In this document: piece by piece, positions 9,049-18,142 of the stretch
Layout of the letters: each line of letters starts with the position of its first letter
Numbering within the stretch: the stretch's first letter is position 1
Assembly: GCA_963662305.1 (NCBI GenBank)
Contig: OY759352.1
Span: 2,013,620 to 2,077,619, forward strand
DNA length: 64,000 nt
DNA from: Desulfarculia bacterium
Lineage (GTDB): Bacteria > Desulfobacterota > Desulfarculia > G963662305
Reading direction: 5' to 3'
The notes under the pieces: generated by a model
What the model was told of the DNA's origin: nothing
The model's database searches: none
What the model saw: the letters and a program-made list of their open reading frames with translations, nothing else
Made by a program: the position numbers and the translations under genes

Positions 9049-10242
9049 ATGATCAAAGGGAACCTTTCAACAGTTCGTGAGAACCGAGGTAGACCAGGCA
9101 TGGGGATATTGGTTGAGTGTCCAAACTGCAAGAAGAGGCTATCGGCCTCGGCTACCGTCTGCCAGAGCAGGGGCGGTAAGGGATGCGGTGCAAAGATACC
9201 ACCGGCCCAACGGATATACTGGATCGAATGGATGAACCCGGCCGGGCATAAACGATCCAAGAAAATAGGTCCTAATCGGAAGCTGGCCGAAGACACACTC
9301 TCCAAGCTGAAAAGTGATATTGTCCGGGATGTCTACCTTGACCCCAGGAAGCGGCCGAAGGTCCTGATTGGTGACTTCATCGAGAAGAAATACAAACCCT
9401 GGTGTGAGGCCAATAACAAAGGCTATGCGAACAAGCGCTATTTCATCGACCTGATCAAGAAACGTTGGGGAGGGGTTCTCCTTGATGAACTGAGCATCGA
9501 GGATATAGACCTATACCGGGCCGAGTCGAGCGAGACGGGACGGGTACAGTTTAACCGAGTCCTGGCCACACTCAACCATATGTACACCAAGGCCATTGAG
9601 TACGGCGACGCAGAAAAACATCCTATCCCCACCCTGCTTAAAATGAGGTTCAAGGAGTCTAAGGGCCGGGAAATATTTCTTACCCCGGAGCAAGCAGAAA
9701 CCTTGATTCAGGCCTGCACCGACCACCTCCGCCCCATTGTCATTACCGCCCTTCATACCGGAATGAGAAAAAGCGAGATCCTACAGCTACGGGTTGGGGA
9801 GAACGTAGACCTTGCAGGCAGGCGGATCATTCTGCACGAGGGAATGACCAAGACCGGCCAGCGGCGGGAATTGCCTATTGATGACACCCTTGCAGAGTCC
9901 CTTAAGGGGGTTTTGGCGGGGAAACAGGTGGGAGATTATGTATTCTCCACCAAGGCCGGGAAGCCCTACGGGAACATCAAGAGAGCCTTTGCCTCTGCCA
10001 AGAAAAAAGCTGGGCTGGATGACCTGAGCTTTCACGATCTGCGGCACACCTACGCAAGCCAGCTGGTTATGAGCGGGGTTGACTTGTACGCGGTGGGGCG
10101 GTTATTGGGCCACACAAATGCTAAGATGACCCAGAGATACGCTCACCTGAGCCCCGATTACATGGCCAAGGCGGTATCTGTTCTTGACCGGGTGATGCCC
10201 GGGAAGCCGAAGAGGCCAAACCTGGAGCTGGTCAAGTCGTAG
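9049..10242 (+). CDS. Tyrosine-type site-specific integrase/recombinase
   Basis: C-terminal catalytic signature ...HDLRHTYASQL...LLGHTNAKMTQRYAHL (R..H-x-x-R...Y); N-terminus carries a Cys4 zinc-ribbon-like segment (CPNC...CQSRGGKGC). Confidence 0.9.
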   Translation: MIKGNLSTVRENRGRPGMGILVECPNCKKRLSASATVCQSRGGKGCGAKIPPAQRIYWIEWMNPAGHKRSKKIGPNRKLAEDTLSKLKSDIVRDVYLDPRKRPKVLIGDFIEKKYKPWCEANNKGYANKRYFIDLIKKRWGGVLLDELSIEDIDLYRAESSETGRVQFNRVLATLNHMYTKAIEYGDAEKHPIPTLLKMRFKESKGREIFLTPEQAETLIQACTDHLRPIVITALHTGMRKSEILQLRVGENVDLAGRRIILHEGMTKTGQRRELPIDDTLAESLKGVLAGKQVGDYVFSTKAGKPYGNIKRAFASAKKKAGLDDLSFHDLRHTYASQLVMSGVDLYAVGRLLGHTNAKMTQRYAHLSPDYMAKAVSVLDRVMPGKPKRPNLELVKS

Positions 10243-10320
10243 GGTCTGGGGTTGTTTTATTCGGGAAGCGACCTATTAGCGACCTTACCCAAAAAACAAA
10301 CTTTATGATGGACTTTAACC

Positions 10321-10370
10321 CCTGAATGGGGTTCAGGGGGCCGCTGGTTCAAATCCAGTCGTCCCGACCA
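10321..10370 (+). tRNA. tRNA 3' half (anticodon arm with GGG anticodon = Pro-like, T arm, acceptor 3' strand, CCA); 5' half absent - probable att-site remnant
   Basis: CCTGA-ATGGGGT-TCAGG anticodon hairpin (U33, anticodon GGG, purine 37), T arm GCTGG-TTCAAAT-CCAGT, then CGTCCCG-A-CCA. Upstream sequence cannot form a D arm or pair with the acceptor 3' strand. Confidence 0.5.
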
Positions 10371-10890
10371 TTTTTAGATAATAATTTGGGGGAGTTAGGA
10401 GATATTTCTGGCTCCCCTTAAATTATTTCTCCTGATAACCATATATAATTATACCCAATTATGGTGGCTGAATATACTGCTATCGCCATCTTAGCGGTCT
10501 GGAACACTATTTTGATGTTCCCCTAAGACCTCCTCCCGGTTCTCTGAAAGAGAGTTGTAACGGGTGAGATAAACCGACTCCAGGGGCGGTCTCAGGTCCG
10601 ATCCGGCATTTTCCCGGGCCAAAAGCAGGGGGGTAAGGCCGAACAGCAGCAGATTTGCCGCCAGAGCGAAAGAAATATCGCTATCCGGATCAGAAAGCGG
10701 ATCACCACTCCGGTGTGGGCGGCCCTGTCCGCCACGATGCCCGCCCCGACCATCAGGCTGGCGGTGGTCGCGGTCTTGGCCCGGCGGTCCAGCCAGGGCT
10801 CCTCCTGGGCCGGGTCTTTGAGGAGGTTTGAAAGGCAGGTCCGAGGGGTTGGGATTTAAGTGCCCTGGAAGGACCGCTCTCGGGGTGGAT

Positions 10891-12087
10891 CTACCGGCTC
10901 TGCAGCTGATCCAGCAGGGCCAATTCGTCTTCAAAGGAGGCCAGGCCCGAATGCCGGCCTGTTTTTAGGCTCAGGACCATGCGCCCCTGGTCCAGAGCCC
11001 GGCGGATGAGGTGCTCCACGGCCCAGGTATCCGGAGCCAGGGGGTAGTCGGCCTGGATCAGGATCTCGGCTTGTTCAATCATCCTCCAGGTCGCCTCGAG
11101 TTTCTCAGGCCCGGCTTCCCTAAAGGGTTCGCAGCCCACAATTCTGGCCCCCACAGCCTGGGCCACCTGAAAATCCAGATCGTGTTTCTGCAGGGGGCCG
11201 GTTAGGATGGGAAAGCCACGCTTGGCCAGGAGCCGGAACAGGCCCGCCCCGGAGCCGCCCCCGGCGGCCACGAACACCTTGGGCCGGCCCAGACGCTCGT
11301 CCGGGTCTTCGCTCTGTTCCAGGACACCCAGCCGGGGGTTGTAGGTGGCCCGTTTCAGCTCAAAGGTCCGGCGGACCGAGTCCTGATCCAGAACCCGCTC
11401 CGGCGGCCCCCAGGCCCTGACCCGGCCGTCTTTGACCAGCGCCACCAGGTCCGAGACCCGGGCCGCCGTGTCCAGGTCGTGGAGGCTGGCGATGATGGTC
11501 AACCCCTCGCGCAGACAGAGCCTTCTCAGAATGCCCATGATCTCCAACCGGTGCTTCAGGTCCAGGTGGATGGTGGGTTCGTCCAGAATGATGATCCGGG
11601 GCGCCTGGGCCAGGGCCCGGGCCAGGAAAATCTTCTGCCGCTCGCCGTCCGAGAGGCGGTCGAAGACCCGGTCGGCCAGCTCCGCCGCGCCCACCAGCTC
11701 CAGGGACCGCTCCACCGCGGCCTTGTCCTCCCGGCTCAGCCGGCCCAGGAGACCGGTGTGGGGATGGCGGCCCAGGCCCACCAGCTGCCAGGCGGTGAGC
11801 AGCCCCAGGCGGGGCCGCTCCGTGAGCACCACGGCCTGGAACCGGGCCAGCTGGGCCTGGCTCAGCCCGGCCAGATCGTGCCCCTCCAGATAGACCGCCC
11901 CCTTGAGGGGCGGCAGGAGCCGGGCCAGGGTCCGCAGCAGGGTGGTCTTGCCCGCTCCGTTGGGGCCCAGCAGAGAGACGAATTGGCCCGGTTCCACGCT
12001 CAGGTCGATCCGGCCTATAACCTCCCTGGTTCCGTATCCCACGGAGAGGTTTTCTATCTTTATCAACGGGATATCCGCGGTGCTCAA
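10891..12087 (-). CDS. ABC transporter ATP-binding protein (Fe3+-siderophore/B12/heme importer type) with ~140-aa C-terminal extension
   Basis: Walker A GPNGAGKTT, signature LSDGERQ, Walker B IIILDEPT, H-loop; the N-terminal part of ORF 10891-12546 is a spurious extension; start assigned to TTG at 12087 (GGAG 9 nt upstream) overlapping the permease stop. Confidence 0.8.
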   Translation of the reverse strand: MSTADIPLIKIENLSVGYGTREVIGRIDLSVEPGQFVSLLGPNGAGKTTLLRTLARLLPPLKGAVYLEGHDLAGLSQAQLARFQAVVLTERPRLGLLTAWQLVGLGRHPHTGLLGRLSREDKAAVERSLELVGAAELADRVFDRLSDGERQKIFLARALAQAPRIIILDEPTIHLDLKHRLEIMGILRRLCLREGLTIIASLHDLDTAARVSDLVALVKDGRVRAWGPPERVLDQDSVRRTFELKRATYNPRLGVLEQSEDPDERLGRPKVFVAAGGGSGAGLFRLLAKRGFPILTGPLQKHDLDFQVAQAVGARIVGCEPFREAGPEKLEATWRMIEQAEILIQADYPLAPDTWAVEHLIRRALDQGRMVLSLKTGRHSGLASFEDELALLDQLQSR

Positions 12088-13100
12088 AACGACTTGCTCC
12101 GTCTGATCAGCAGCCCGATGACGATGGGCGCCCCGAAAAAGGCGGTCACGGCCGAAAGGGGCGTCTCCACCGGGGAGAAGAGCATCCGGGCGATAAGGTC
12201 GCACAGCCCGGTGACGATGCCGCCGATAAGGGCCGTGATGGGGATGAGGAGGCGGTTGTCCGCCCCGGACAGGCTCAGCCGGGCGATGTGGGGCACGGCC
12301 AGGCCGATGAAGGCCACCGGACCGGCCGTGGAGGTGACCAGGGCGGCCAGGCCGCAGGCCAGGAAGACCACGGCCACCCGGAAGAAGCGGACGTTGACCC
12401 CCATGGTGGCGGCGTACTCCTCGCCCATGAGAAAGGCGTTGAGCTGCTTGGCCAGCAGAAAGGCGCCCAGCATCAAAGCCCCGCCCCCGATGACCACGGC
12501 CCCCACCTCGGACCAGCGGTATCCGGCGAAACTGCCCAGGGTCCACAGCTTGAACCCCTTGATCTTCTCCGCGTCGGCAAAGGCGATGAGGATGGCCGTG
12601 ACCGCATTGGCCAGATAGCCGATCATCAACCCGGTGATGAGCAGGGTCACCCCGCCCGAGACCCGGGTGGCGATGAGGGTCACGGCCAGCATGGCCGCCA
12701 CGGCCCCCACAAAGGCGGCTCCGGTGGTCAGAAAAGGCCCCAGGGCGGTGAAGCCCACGGCCGCGGTGGTGAGCATGACCAGCCCCACCATGAGGGTCGC
12801 CCCGGAGGAGATTCCCAGAATAAAGGGCCCCACAATGGGATTGCGGAAAAAAACCTGGAGCAGCAGCCCGGCCACGGCCAGGCAGGCCCCGCCCCAGGTG
12901 GCGGCCACGGCCCGGGGCAGCCGGATCTTCCAGACGATGAAGCCATAAGTATCCTCCGGCCCCTCCATCCCGTTAAACACGGTGGCCATGATCTTGGCCA
13001 GGGGGATATCCAGGGAACCGATGACCAGATTCAGATAGAAACTGGCCACCAGCCCCAGGGAGCAGAACAGAAAGAGGAGTTTTGTTCTTCGGGCGGACAT
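12084..13100 (-). CDS. FecCD-family ABC importer permease (BtuC/FhuB/HmuU-like)
   Basis: 338 aa, multi-TM, typical FecCD sequence pattern (LLAGxxLALAGxxLQ, GxxxFIGLxxPHIARxL). Confidence 0.85.
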   Translation of the reverse strand: MSARRTKLLFLFCSLGLVASFYLNLVIGSLDIPLAKIMATVFNGMEGPEDTYGFIVWKIRLPRAVAATWGGACLAVAGLLLQVFFRNPIVGPFILGISSGATLMVGLVMLTTAAVGFTALGPFLTTGAAFVGAVAAMLAVTLIATRVSGGVTLLITGLMIGYLANAVTAILIAFADAEKIKGFKLWTLGSFAGYRWSEVGAVVIGGGALMLGAFLLAKQLNAFLMGEEYAATMGVNVRFFRVAVVFLACGLAALVTSTAGPVAFIGLAVPHIARLSLSGADNRLLIPITALIGGIVTGLCDLIARMLFSPVETPLSAVTAFFGAPIVIGLLIRRSKSF

Positions 13101-13103
13101 TTC

Positions 13104-14177
13104 TCAACGGTCCTTGAGCTGGAGGAAATAACGGAGTTTATGGTCCGGGAACAGTTCCGGGTGGATGATGGCGGCCAACTCCCTTATCACCCGGTCCATC
13201 TCCCCGGCCGACTGATAGTAGACCGCCTGGGGCACGAACATCCTTCCTTTAGTCATGGGCCTGATCCCGGCCAGCATGGGGTTGACCCGGGCCAGATCGG
13301 CCTTGGAATGGATGCCCGTCTTGTCCGATCTATAGGTGAACATGACATCCGCCTTGCGTCCGCTGGAGAAGAACCTCTCCAGTGTTACCTCCAGTCAGGA
13401 GGAGCCGGCGATGTCGTCGAACAGATAATCGCCGCCCACGGCCTTGATCAGCTGGGCCGCCCAGGAGTGGCCCGGCTCCACCAGGACCCGTTTCTCGTAG
13501 ATGTCGCCCCAGATGGCCTTGGGCCGACGATCAGCTTTCTTGGTTACGGCCCTTACCTCCTCCAGGACCGCCATGGACCGCTCCACGAACTCCAGGGCCC
13601 GCTCCTGTGCCCCGAAAAAGGGGGCCAGGAACCGGGTCAGGTTGATGTAGGTCTCCAAATCGGCCGCGGTCTCGCCGTAGGTGATCACCGTGGGGATGCC
13701 CAGCTCGCTCATCTTGGGGATGATGGACTCGTCCCAGGTCAAAACCAGCTCCGGCTTGAGCCGGATCAGCTTCTCCAGGTCTATGCTGGAGCTCAAACCC
13801 AGACCGGCCACCCGGCCCGAGGCCAACCCCTCCGCCACCTGGGGCAGGGTCCAGTCCTCAGGGTGGCCGGTGACGCCCACAATGGCTCCGGCCGCGCCCA
13901 GGACGTCCAGGAACGAAGCGTCCCGGCCCGAGTAGACCACCGCCCTCTCCACCGGAATGCGGACCACCTCATCCGGGGCCAGGCCCGGAGGAACCTCCCG
14001 GTCCCGGGGAACCAGGGTCAGCATCCGGCCCAGCCCGTCGGTGAGTTCATACAGGCCTTGGTCCAGGGAACGGACCGAGAACTCGCCCAGGACCAGGAAG
14101 TCCTCGCCCCTGGCGGGCCAGGGAAAGGAGGCGACCAGAAATAAGAGGATGAGAAGATGTATTTTAAGCCGGCCCAT
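13104..14177 (-). CDS. Periplasmic substrate-binding protein of iron-siderophore/B12/heme ABC importer; reading frame interrupted by a single in-frame TGA at 13395-13397 (candidate Sec codon or nonsense mutation)
   Basis: ORFs 13395-14177 and 13104-13343 are in the same frame (coordinates congruent mod 3) separated by one TGA; joined product ~357 aa with signal peptide and two-lobe PBP-like sequence. Confidence 0.65.
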
Positions 14178-15003
14178 GGGCTTGCTCCTTTGGTCCGCTC
14201 CGGGCGTTTTTTCTGAGGGTCTGGATCAGGTAGCCGGTCAGCCCCAGCACGAACAGGCCCACCCCGGCGAAGAATCCGCCCACGCCCGGGTCCTTCCTGA
14301 CGATCAGGTTGGCCCAGCCGGGCCGCCCGGCCCGGTTCCTGGTCTGGGGCTGGTAGTTTTTGATGTGCACGCTGAAACCCCGGTAGCGGACCGGTTTGTT
14401 GATGCCCAAATGCCGGACCGTCTCCCGGCCCCGTGGGTCGGTGAAGGCCAGGGTCAGGTCCTGATCAATGGCCCGGTTTTCGAAAAAGGAGAGGCGGCGG
14501 CCCTGGTAGTACTCCACCTCCATCTTTTCCAGGCGGAGCCGGTGGCCGGTTTGGGCCAGATCCACGGTTCGGCCCGGGGAGAGGATGTTGTTGCGCAGAT
14601 TGACCCCCACCACGTAGCTGGCCAGCATGGAGACCAGCAGGACCAGGAAGGCTAGGTGCATCAGGTGGGGCGAGAAGCGGAGCAGGTAGTCCAGCCGGCC
14701 GGTCTCCCCGGAGCGGATGCGGATCAGCCCGGCCACCCGGTTGATGGTGCAGACCGAGGTGTTGAGCACCAGGAGGAGCATGAGCCCCATGAAGACGAAG
14801 AACCACCAGGTCTCGGCCAGATGGAACCGGCCGTAGGTGGTTATCCAGTCCCACAGCATGAGCCGGTCCAGGGGGCCGAAGAGCTGGGGCTCGGCTCTAA
14901 AATGAAAGAACCCGGCGCACAAATCCGCCACCAGGGCCAGGAGGACATAGAGGGTCAGGTCGGCCCGGCCCAAAAAACTCCAGATCGCCTTGGCAGCCCT
15001 CAT
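14164..15003 (-). CDS. Membrane protein, ResB/Ccs1-like (cytochrome c biogenesis-type)
   Basis: Real start at MRAAKAIW (ATG 15003, ATGA overlap with upstream stop); the N-terminal 89 aa of ORF 14164-15270 are spurious; several TM segments; family assignment tentative. Confidence 0.45.
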   Translation of the reverse strand: MRAAKAIWSFLGRADLTLYVLLALVADLCAGFFHFRAEPQLFGPLDRLMLWDWITTYGRFHLAETWWFFVFMGLMLLLVLNTSVCTINRVAGLIRIRSGETGRLDYLLRFSPHLMHLAFLVLLVSMLASYVVGVNLRNNILSPGRTVDLAQTGHRLRLEKMEVEYYQGRRLSFFENRAIDQDLTLAFTDPRGRETVRHLGINKPVRYRGFSVHIKNYQPQTRNRAGRPGWANLIVRKDPGVGGFFAGVGLFVLGLTGYLIQTLRKNARSGPKEQAHGPA

Positions 15004-15767
15004 ATCAGGAACCTGGGCATGAGGAACTGCCCGGTCTCGGGCAGGTAGGCGAAATAGAAAAGCAGGGCCAGCCCGGCCAGGGCGAACCAGGCCTGCCGGC
15101 CCAGGGACCAGCTCTGGAGCAGATAGAGGTGCAGAAAGGCGCCGTAATAGAACCACACGGCCATGACCGAGGTCATGATGTACTCCCGCCAGACCACCGG
15201 GCTGGTCCAGCCCAGATAGGACCAGGTGTCGGCCGCAAACAGGGACAGGGTGAAGGAGATGAAGCCCCACACGGCCAACCGGCCGAAAAGGCGGGGCCGC
15301 AGGGGCCTGACCCCTTTTTTGCGGCGGCGCAGAAACAGGGCCGCCTCCACCCCGGCGGCGCAGAACAGGGCCTTGCCCAGTCCGCTCAAAAGGACCATTA
15401 GATGGGCGAACACGGTCCTGGAGCGGGGAAAGGGGAGGTAGTCGCTCTTGGGGAACAGGGCCGTGTACAGGGCCAGAAAGGCGATCACAGGGAGCAGCCC
15501 TCGGACCAGATCCCGCTTCCCGGACAGGAGCACCCCCAAACCCAGCCCGGCCAGGCAGAGGACCAGCCAGAAGGGCTCCTGGTGGGGGGCCTGCATGGGC
15601 CAGGAGCCGTAAAGCTTGATCCCCACCGAGGCCAGGTTGGCCGAGAACCCCAGGGCCAGGAGCAAACCCGACAAACGTTCAAAGCGTAGCGCGGCCAGGG
15701 CCAGCACATAGAACCCGGCGGCCAGGTAAAAGGCGTTGAGGGTCCACTGGTTCAGGAGCAGGGTCAC
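15000..15767 (-). CDS. Membrane protein, cytochrome c assembly (CcsA/CcmC-like) family
   Basis: 255 aa polytopic protein with Trp-rich segment DTWSYLGWTSPVVW resembling the WWD heme-handling motif; tentative. Confidence 0.45.
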   Translation of the reverse strand: MTLLLNQWTLNAFYLAAGFYVLALAALRFERLSGLLLALGFSANLASVGIKLYGSWPMQAPHQEPFWLVLCLAGLGLGVLLSGKRDLVRGLLPVIAFLALYTALFPKSDYLPFPRSRTVFAHLMVLLSGLGKALFCAAGVEAALFLRRRKKGVRPLRPRLFGRLAVWGFISFTLSLFAADTWSYLGWTSPVVWREYIMTSVMAVWFYYGAFLHLYLLQSWSLGRQAWFALAGLALLFYFAYLPETGQFLMPRFLI

Positions 15768-17251
15768 GCCCGCGTCTCCCCCCGGGGGGCCAGGAGCAGC
15801 TCCCGGTCGATGCGTTCCTGAAAGTTCCGTTGGCGCAGGGGACCGGTGTCCAGATCCAGGGAGAGCAGCCCCTTTTTATCCGCCTGGATCTCGATCCAGG
15901 GCTGGTGGCCCTGGGGCGGCAGGGAGGCCAGGGCCAGGTTGGTAAAGGCCCCGGCCAGGGCGATCTTTTCCACGGCCTTGACCGAGAGGATGGTCTGCTC
16001 CGGTTCCTCCAGACGGCCTCCGGACACGGCCAGCAGATCGCAGCCCCGCTTGGCCAGGGCCGCGGCCAGCTCCGGATGGAGAGCCGCCTCCTGTTCGGCC
16101 AGCCCGATCCGGGCCGTCTCCAGGTCCACCATTGCCGGTTCGGTCATCCGGGCCGGGTGGAAGATTTTGATTCCTCCAGGCCGGGCCAGAACCAGGCAGG
16201 AAAAATCGCCGTCTTCCAGTTGGGTAAAAATCGCCCCTGATATTTCCCGGGCCAGGCGGACCAGGCCCTCGGCGGTCCACCGCGGTTCTTGCAGCCGGGG
16301 CAGGATGACCAGCCCGGCTTTTTCCTTGTCCAGCCTGGCGGAAATTTCGGTCGGCGACATCGCCCCGGCCAGGGCCCGGACCCGGAGCAGGCCGGGCTCG
16401 GGCAGGGGGAAAAAGGCGGTGGGGTTCTGGATCATACCCACATCCGCGCAGAGGTAATGGTACAGCTCCGGGGTCCGCCCGGCCAGGCGGGCCCGCCGGG
16501 GCGCGGGGTCCAGGCGGCCCTGCTTCAGGGGCAGTTCCGCCGTAATCACCAGGGAATCCGGGCCGGAGCCGCTCTGGAGCAGCTCTCCCCGGCTGTTGAA
16601 CAGGGCCGAGCGGGCCGGGGTGCAGTCCATGGTCCGGTCCTGCCCGGTGCGGTTGGCCGCGGCCAGGTTGAGTCCGTTCTCCAAGGCTCTGGCCCGCCAC
16701 AGTTTCAGGGGGTCCAGCCCGGCGGGCGGCCAGTTGGCCGGAACCAGGAGCAGATCCACCCCCTTGAGGGCCATGGACCTGACCAGCAGGCCGTAGTAAC
16801 TCTCCGAGCAGATCAGGACCCCCAGCCGGCCCCAGGGGGAATCCAGGGTGTCCTCCTGGCGGGCCGGGCCCGGGCAGGCCCACTTGGATTCGGCCGAGAC
16901 CTTGCGCCGTCTAACCCTTTGTCCCTCCGGAGAAAGGATAAAGGCCGAGTTGTAATAGAGCCCAGTGCGGGGGTCCTCCTCGGCCAGGCCCAGGCAGATG
17001 TAGACCTCTCTTTGGGCCGCGATCTCGCTTAGGGCGGTGAGGGTGGGGCCCCGGGCGGTCTCCACATGGGGGGCGATCTCGGCCCGGGACTCGAAGGAGT
17101 ACCCGGAGACGGACATCTCCGTGGACAGGATTATCTTGGCCCCGTTTTGAGCGGCTTGCGCCACCAGTCGGATCATCTCCACCCGGTTGGCCTCGTTTCG
17201 ACCGTGCTCCAGCCGGGGGTGGATCAGGGCCAGTTTCAAACTTTTTTCCAT
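15764..17251 (-). CDS. Carbon-nitrogen hydrolase (nitrilase superfamily) protein, possibly two tandem domains
   Basis: Start at MEKSLKLALIHP (ATG 17251); conserved E...K...C triad context (ILSTEMS..., ICSESYY, LLLVPANWP). Confidence 0.7.
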   Translation of the reverse strand: MEKSLKLALIHPRLEHGRNEANRVEMIRLVAQAAQNGAKIILSTEMSVSGYSFESRAEIAPHVETARGPTLTALSEIAAQREVYICLGLAEEDPRTGLYYNSAFILSPEGQRVRRRKVSAESKWACPGPARQEDTLDSPWGRLGVLICSESYYGLLVRSMALKGVDLLLVPANWPPAGLDPLKLWRARALENGLNLAAANRTGQDRTMDCTPARSALFNSRGELLQSGSGPDSLVITAELPLKQGRLDPAPRRARLAGRTPELYHYLCADVGMIQNPTAFFPLPEPGLLRVRALAGAMSPTEISARLDKEKAGLVILPRLQEPRWTAEGLVRLAREISGAIFTQLEDGDFSCLVLARPGGIKIFHPARMTEPAMVDLETARIGLAEQEAALHPELAAALAKRGCDLLAVSGGRLEEPEQTILSVKAVEKIALAGAFTNLALASLPPQGHQPWIEIQADKKGLLSLDLDTGPLRQRNFQERIDRELLLAPRGETRA

Positions 17252-17316
17252 TTTCAAAGCTCGTCCGTTTTCACTATCCAATATGGTTTGATGTCATACG
17301 GTAAATCTCTTCAATC

Positions 17317-18135
17317 CTAACGGGCCAGTTCCAGGAGCAGGTCGGGCCGGTCCGACGAGACCACCTGGGCCCCCAGGTCCACGGCCCGCCTGGCCCGGCT
17401 CAGAAGGTCGTGCTCGCCCCACAGAAAGACCATCACCCTGGCTCCGGCCTCCCTGGCCTCGGCAAAGCCCCACCGGGGGAAAAACCACTCCGAGGCGAAC
17501 AGGGCCTGGGCTTCCAGGGCCTTGGCCGCAAAGGAGGGCAACCCCTCGATCTTCCACCAGGTCAGCAGGTCCACGCAGATCTTCAGCTCCGGATCCACCT
17601 TTCTGATGGCTCTGATCGTCTCCACCTTCTGGGGGGCGTCGATGGAAAAAATAACCCGGTCGCGGATATCCGAGGCCGCCACCTCTTGGGCGACCTTGGC
17701 AGGGTCCACAGCCTTGAGGTCCAGGGCCAGCTCAAAGCCGGGCCTGGTCGCCGCCAGCTCCAGGACCTGGGCCAGGGTGGGCGGGGCCTCCTTGGTGACC
17801 CGGCCCTGCTTGTCCTTGAGCCGCAGCTTTTTCACCTGGGCCAGGTCCATCTCCTTGACTTGGCCGGTCCCGTCGGTGGTCCGGTCCACCGTGGGGTCGT
17901 GCATCAGGACCAAGGCCTTGTCCCTGGTGGTGCGGAGATCGATCTCGGTTCCCAGCAGGCCCAGGTCCAGGGCCGCCTTTACCGAGGCCAGGGAGTTCTC
18001 CGGGTGGTGGAGACAGAAGCCCCGGTGGGCGAACAGCCCCGCCTCCCCGGCCCGGGCCTGACCGGCCAGTCCCAGCAGAATCAGCAGGGCCAGGACGATT
18101 GCCGGGCCGCCTTTTCTTATTTTTGACAACATCAT
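17317..18135 (-). CDS. Glycerophosphodiester phosphodiesterase (GDPD) family protein, secreted
   Basis: Start at MMLSKIRK (18135) giving signal peptide; GDPD signature FAHRG...HPENSL...EIDL...VLMHD. Confidence 0.7.
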   Translation of the reverse strand: MMLSKIRKGGPAIVLALLILLGLAGQARAGEAGLFAHRGFCLHHPENSLASVKAALDLGLLGTEIDLRTTRDKALVLMHDPTVDRTTDGTGQVKEMDLAQVKKLRLKDKQGRVTKEAPPTLAQVLELAATRPGFELALDLKAVDPAKVAQEVAASDIRDRVIFSIDAPQKVETIRAIRKVDPELKICVDLLTWWKIEGLPSFAAKALEAQALFASEWFFPRWGFAEAREAGARVMVFLWGEHDLLSRARRAVDLGAQVVSSDRPDLLLELAR

Positions 18136-18142
18136 CTCCCGC

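Larger units (their letters stand above)
700..10370. mobile_element. Putative integrated genomic island: AT-rich cargo operon plus tyrosine integrase, bounded on the right by a tRNA 3' fragment
   Basis: Abrupt drop in GC at ~700 and return at ~8650; cargo genes all on minus strand with AT-rich codon usage unlike flanking genes; integrase at 9049-10242; tRNA-like 3' half at 10321-10370. Left boundary is compositional only; no direct repeat found by eye. Confidence 0.55.

Noticed and set aside
10295-10370. A complete 76-nt tRNA gene
   Set aside because: Only the 3' half folds; positions 10295-10320 cannot form an acceptor 5' strand (AACAAAC versus CGTCCCG) or a D arm, so a functional full-length tRNA is not supported.
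10491-10934. 147-aa minus-strand ORF and an alternate-frame ORF without start codon between the tRNA fragment and the ABC ATPase gene
   Set aside because: Listed ORF is Pro/Gly/Arg-rich and low-complexity; the alternate frame (...WLDRRAKTATTASLMVGAGIVADRAAHTGVVIRF...) lacks a start and may be a truncated gene remnant, but no family is recognisable.
12288-14144. 618-aa plus-strand ORF and many similar long ORFs (e.g. 18162-20396 -, 21883-23160 -, 11479-12618 +, 37628-38875 +, 39297-40931 +, 52432-54768 -, 58941-61553 +)
   Set aside because: Antisense or alternate-frame ORFs typical of GC-rich DNA; Gly/Pro/Arg/Ala-rich low-complexity translations without motifs, each overlapping a well-supported gene on the other strand or frame.
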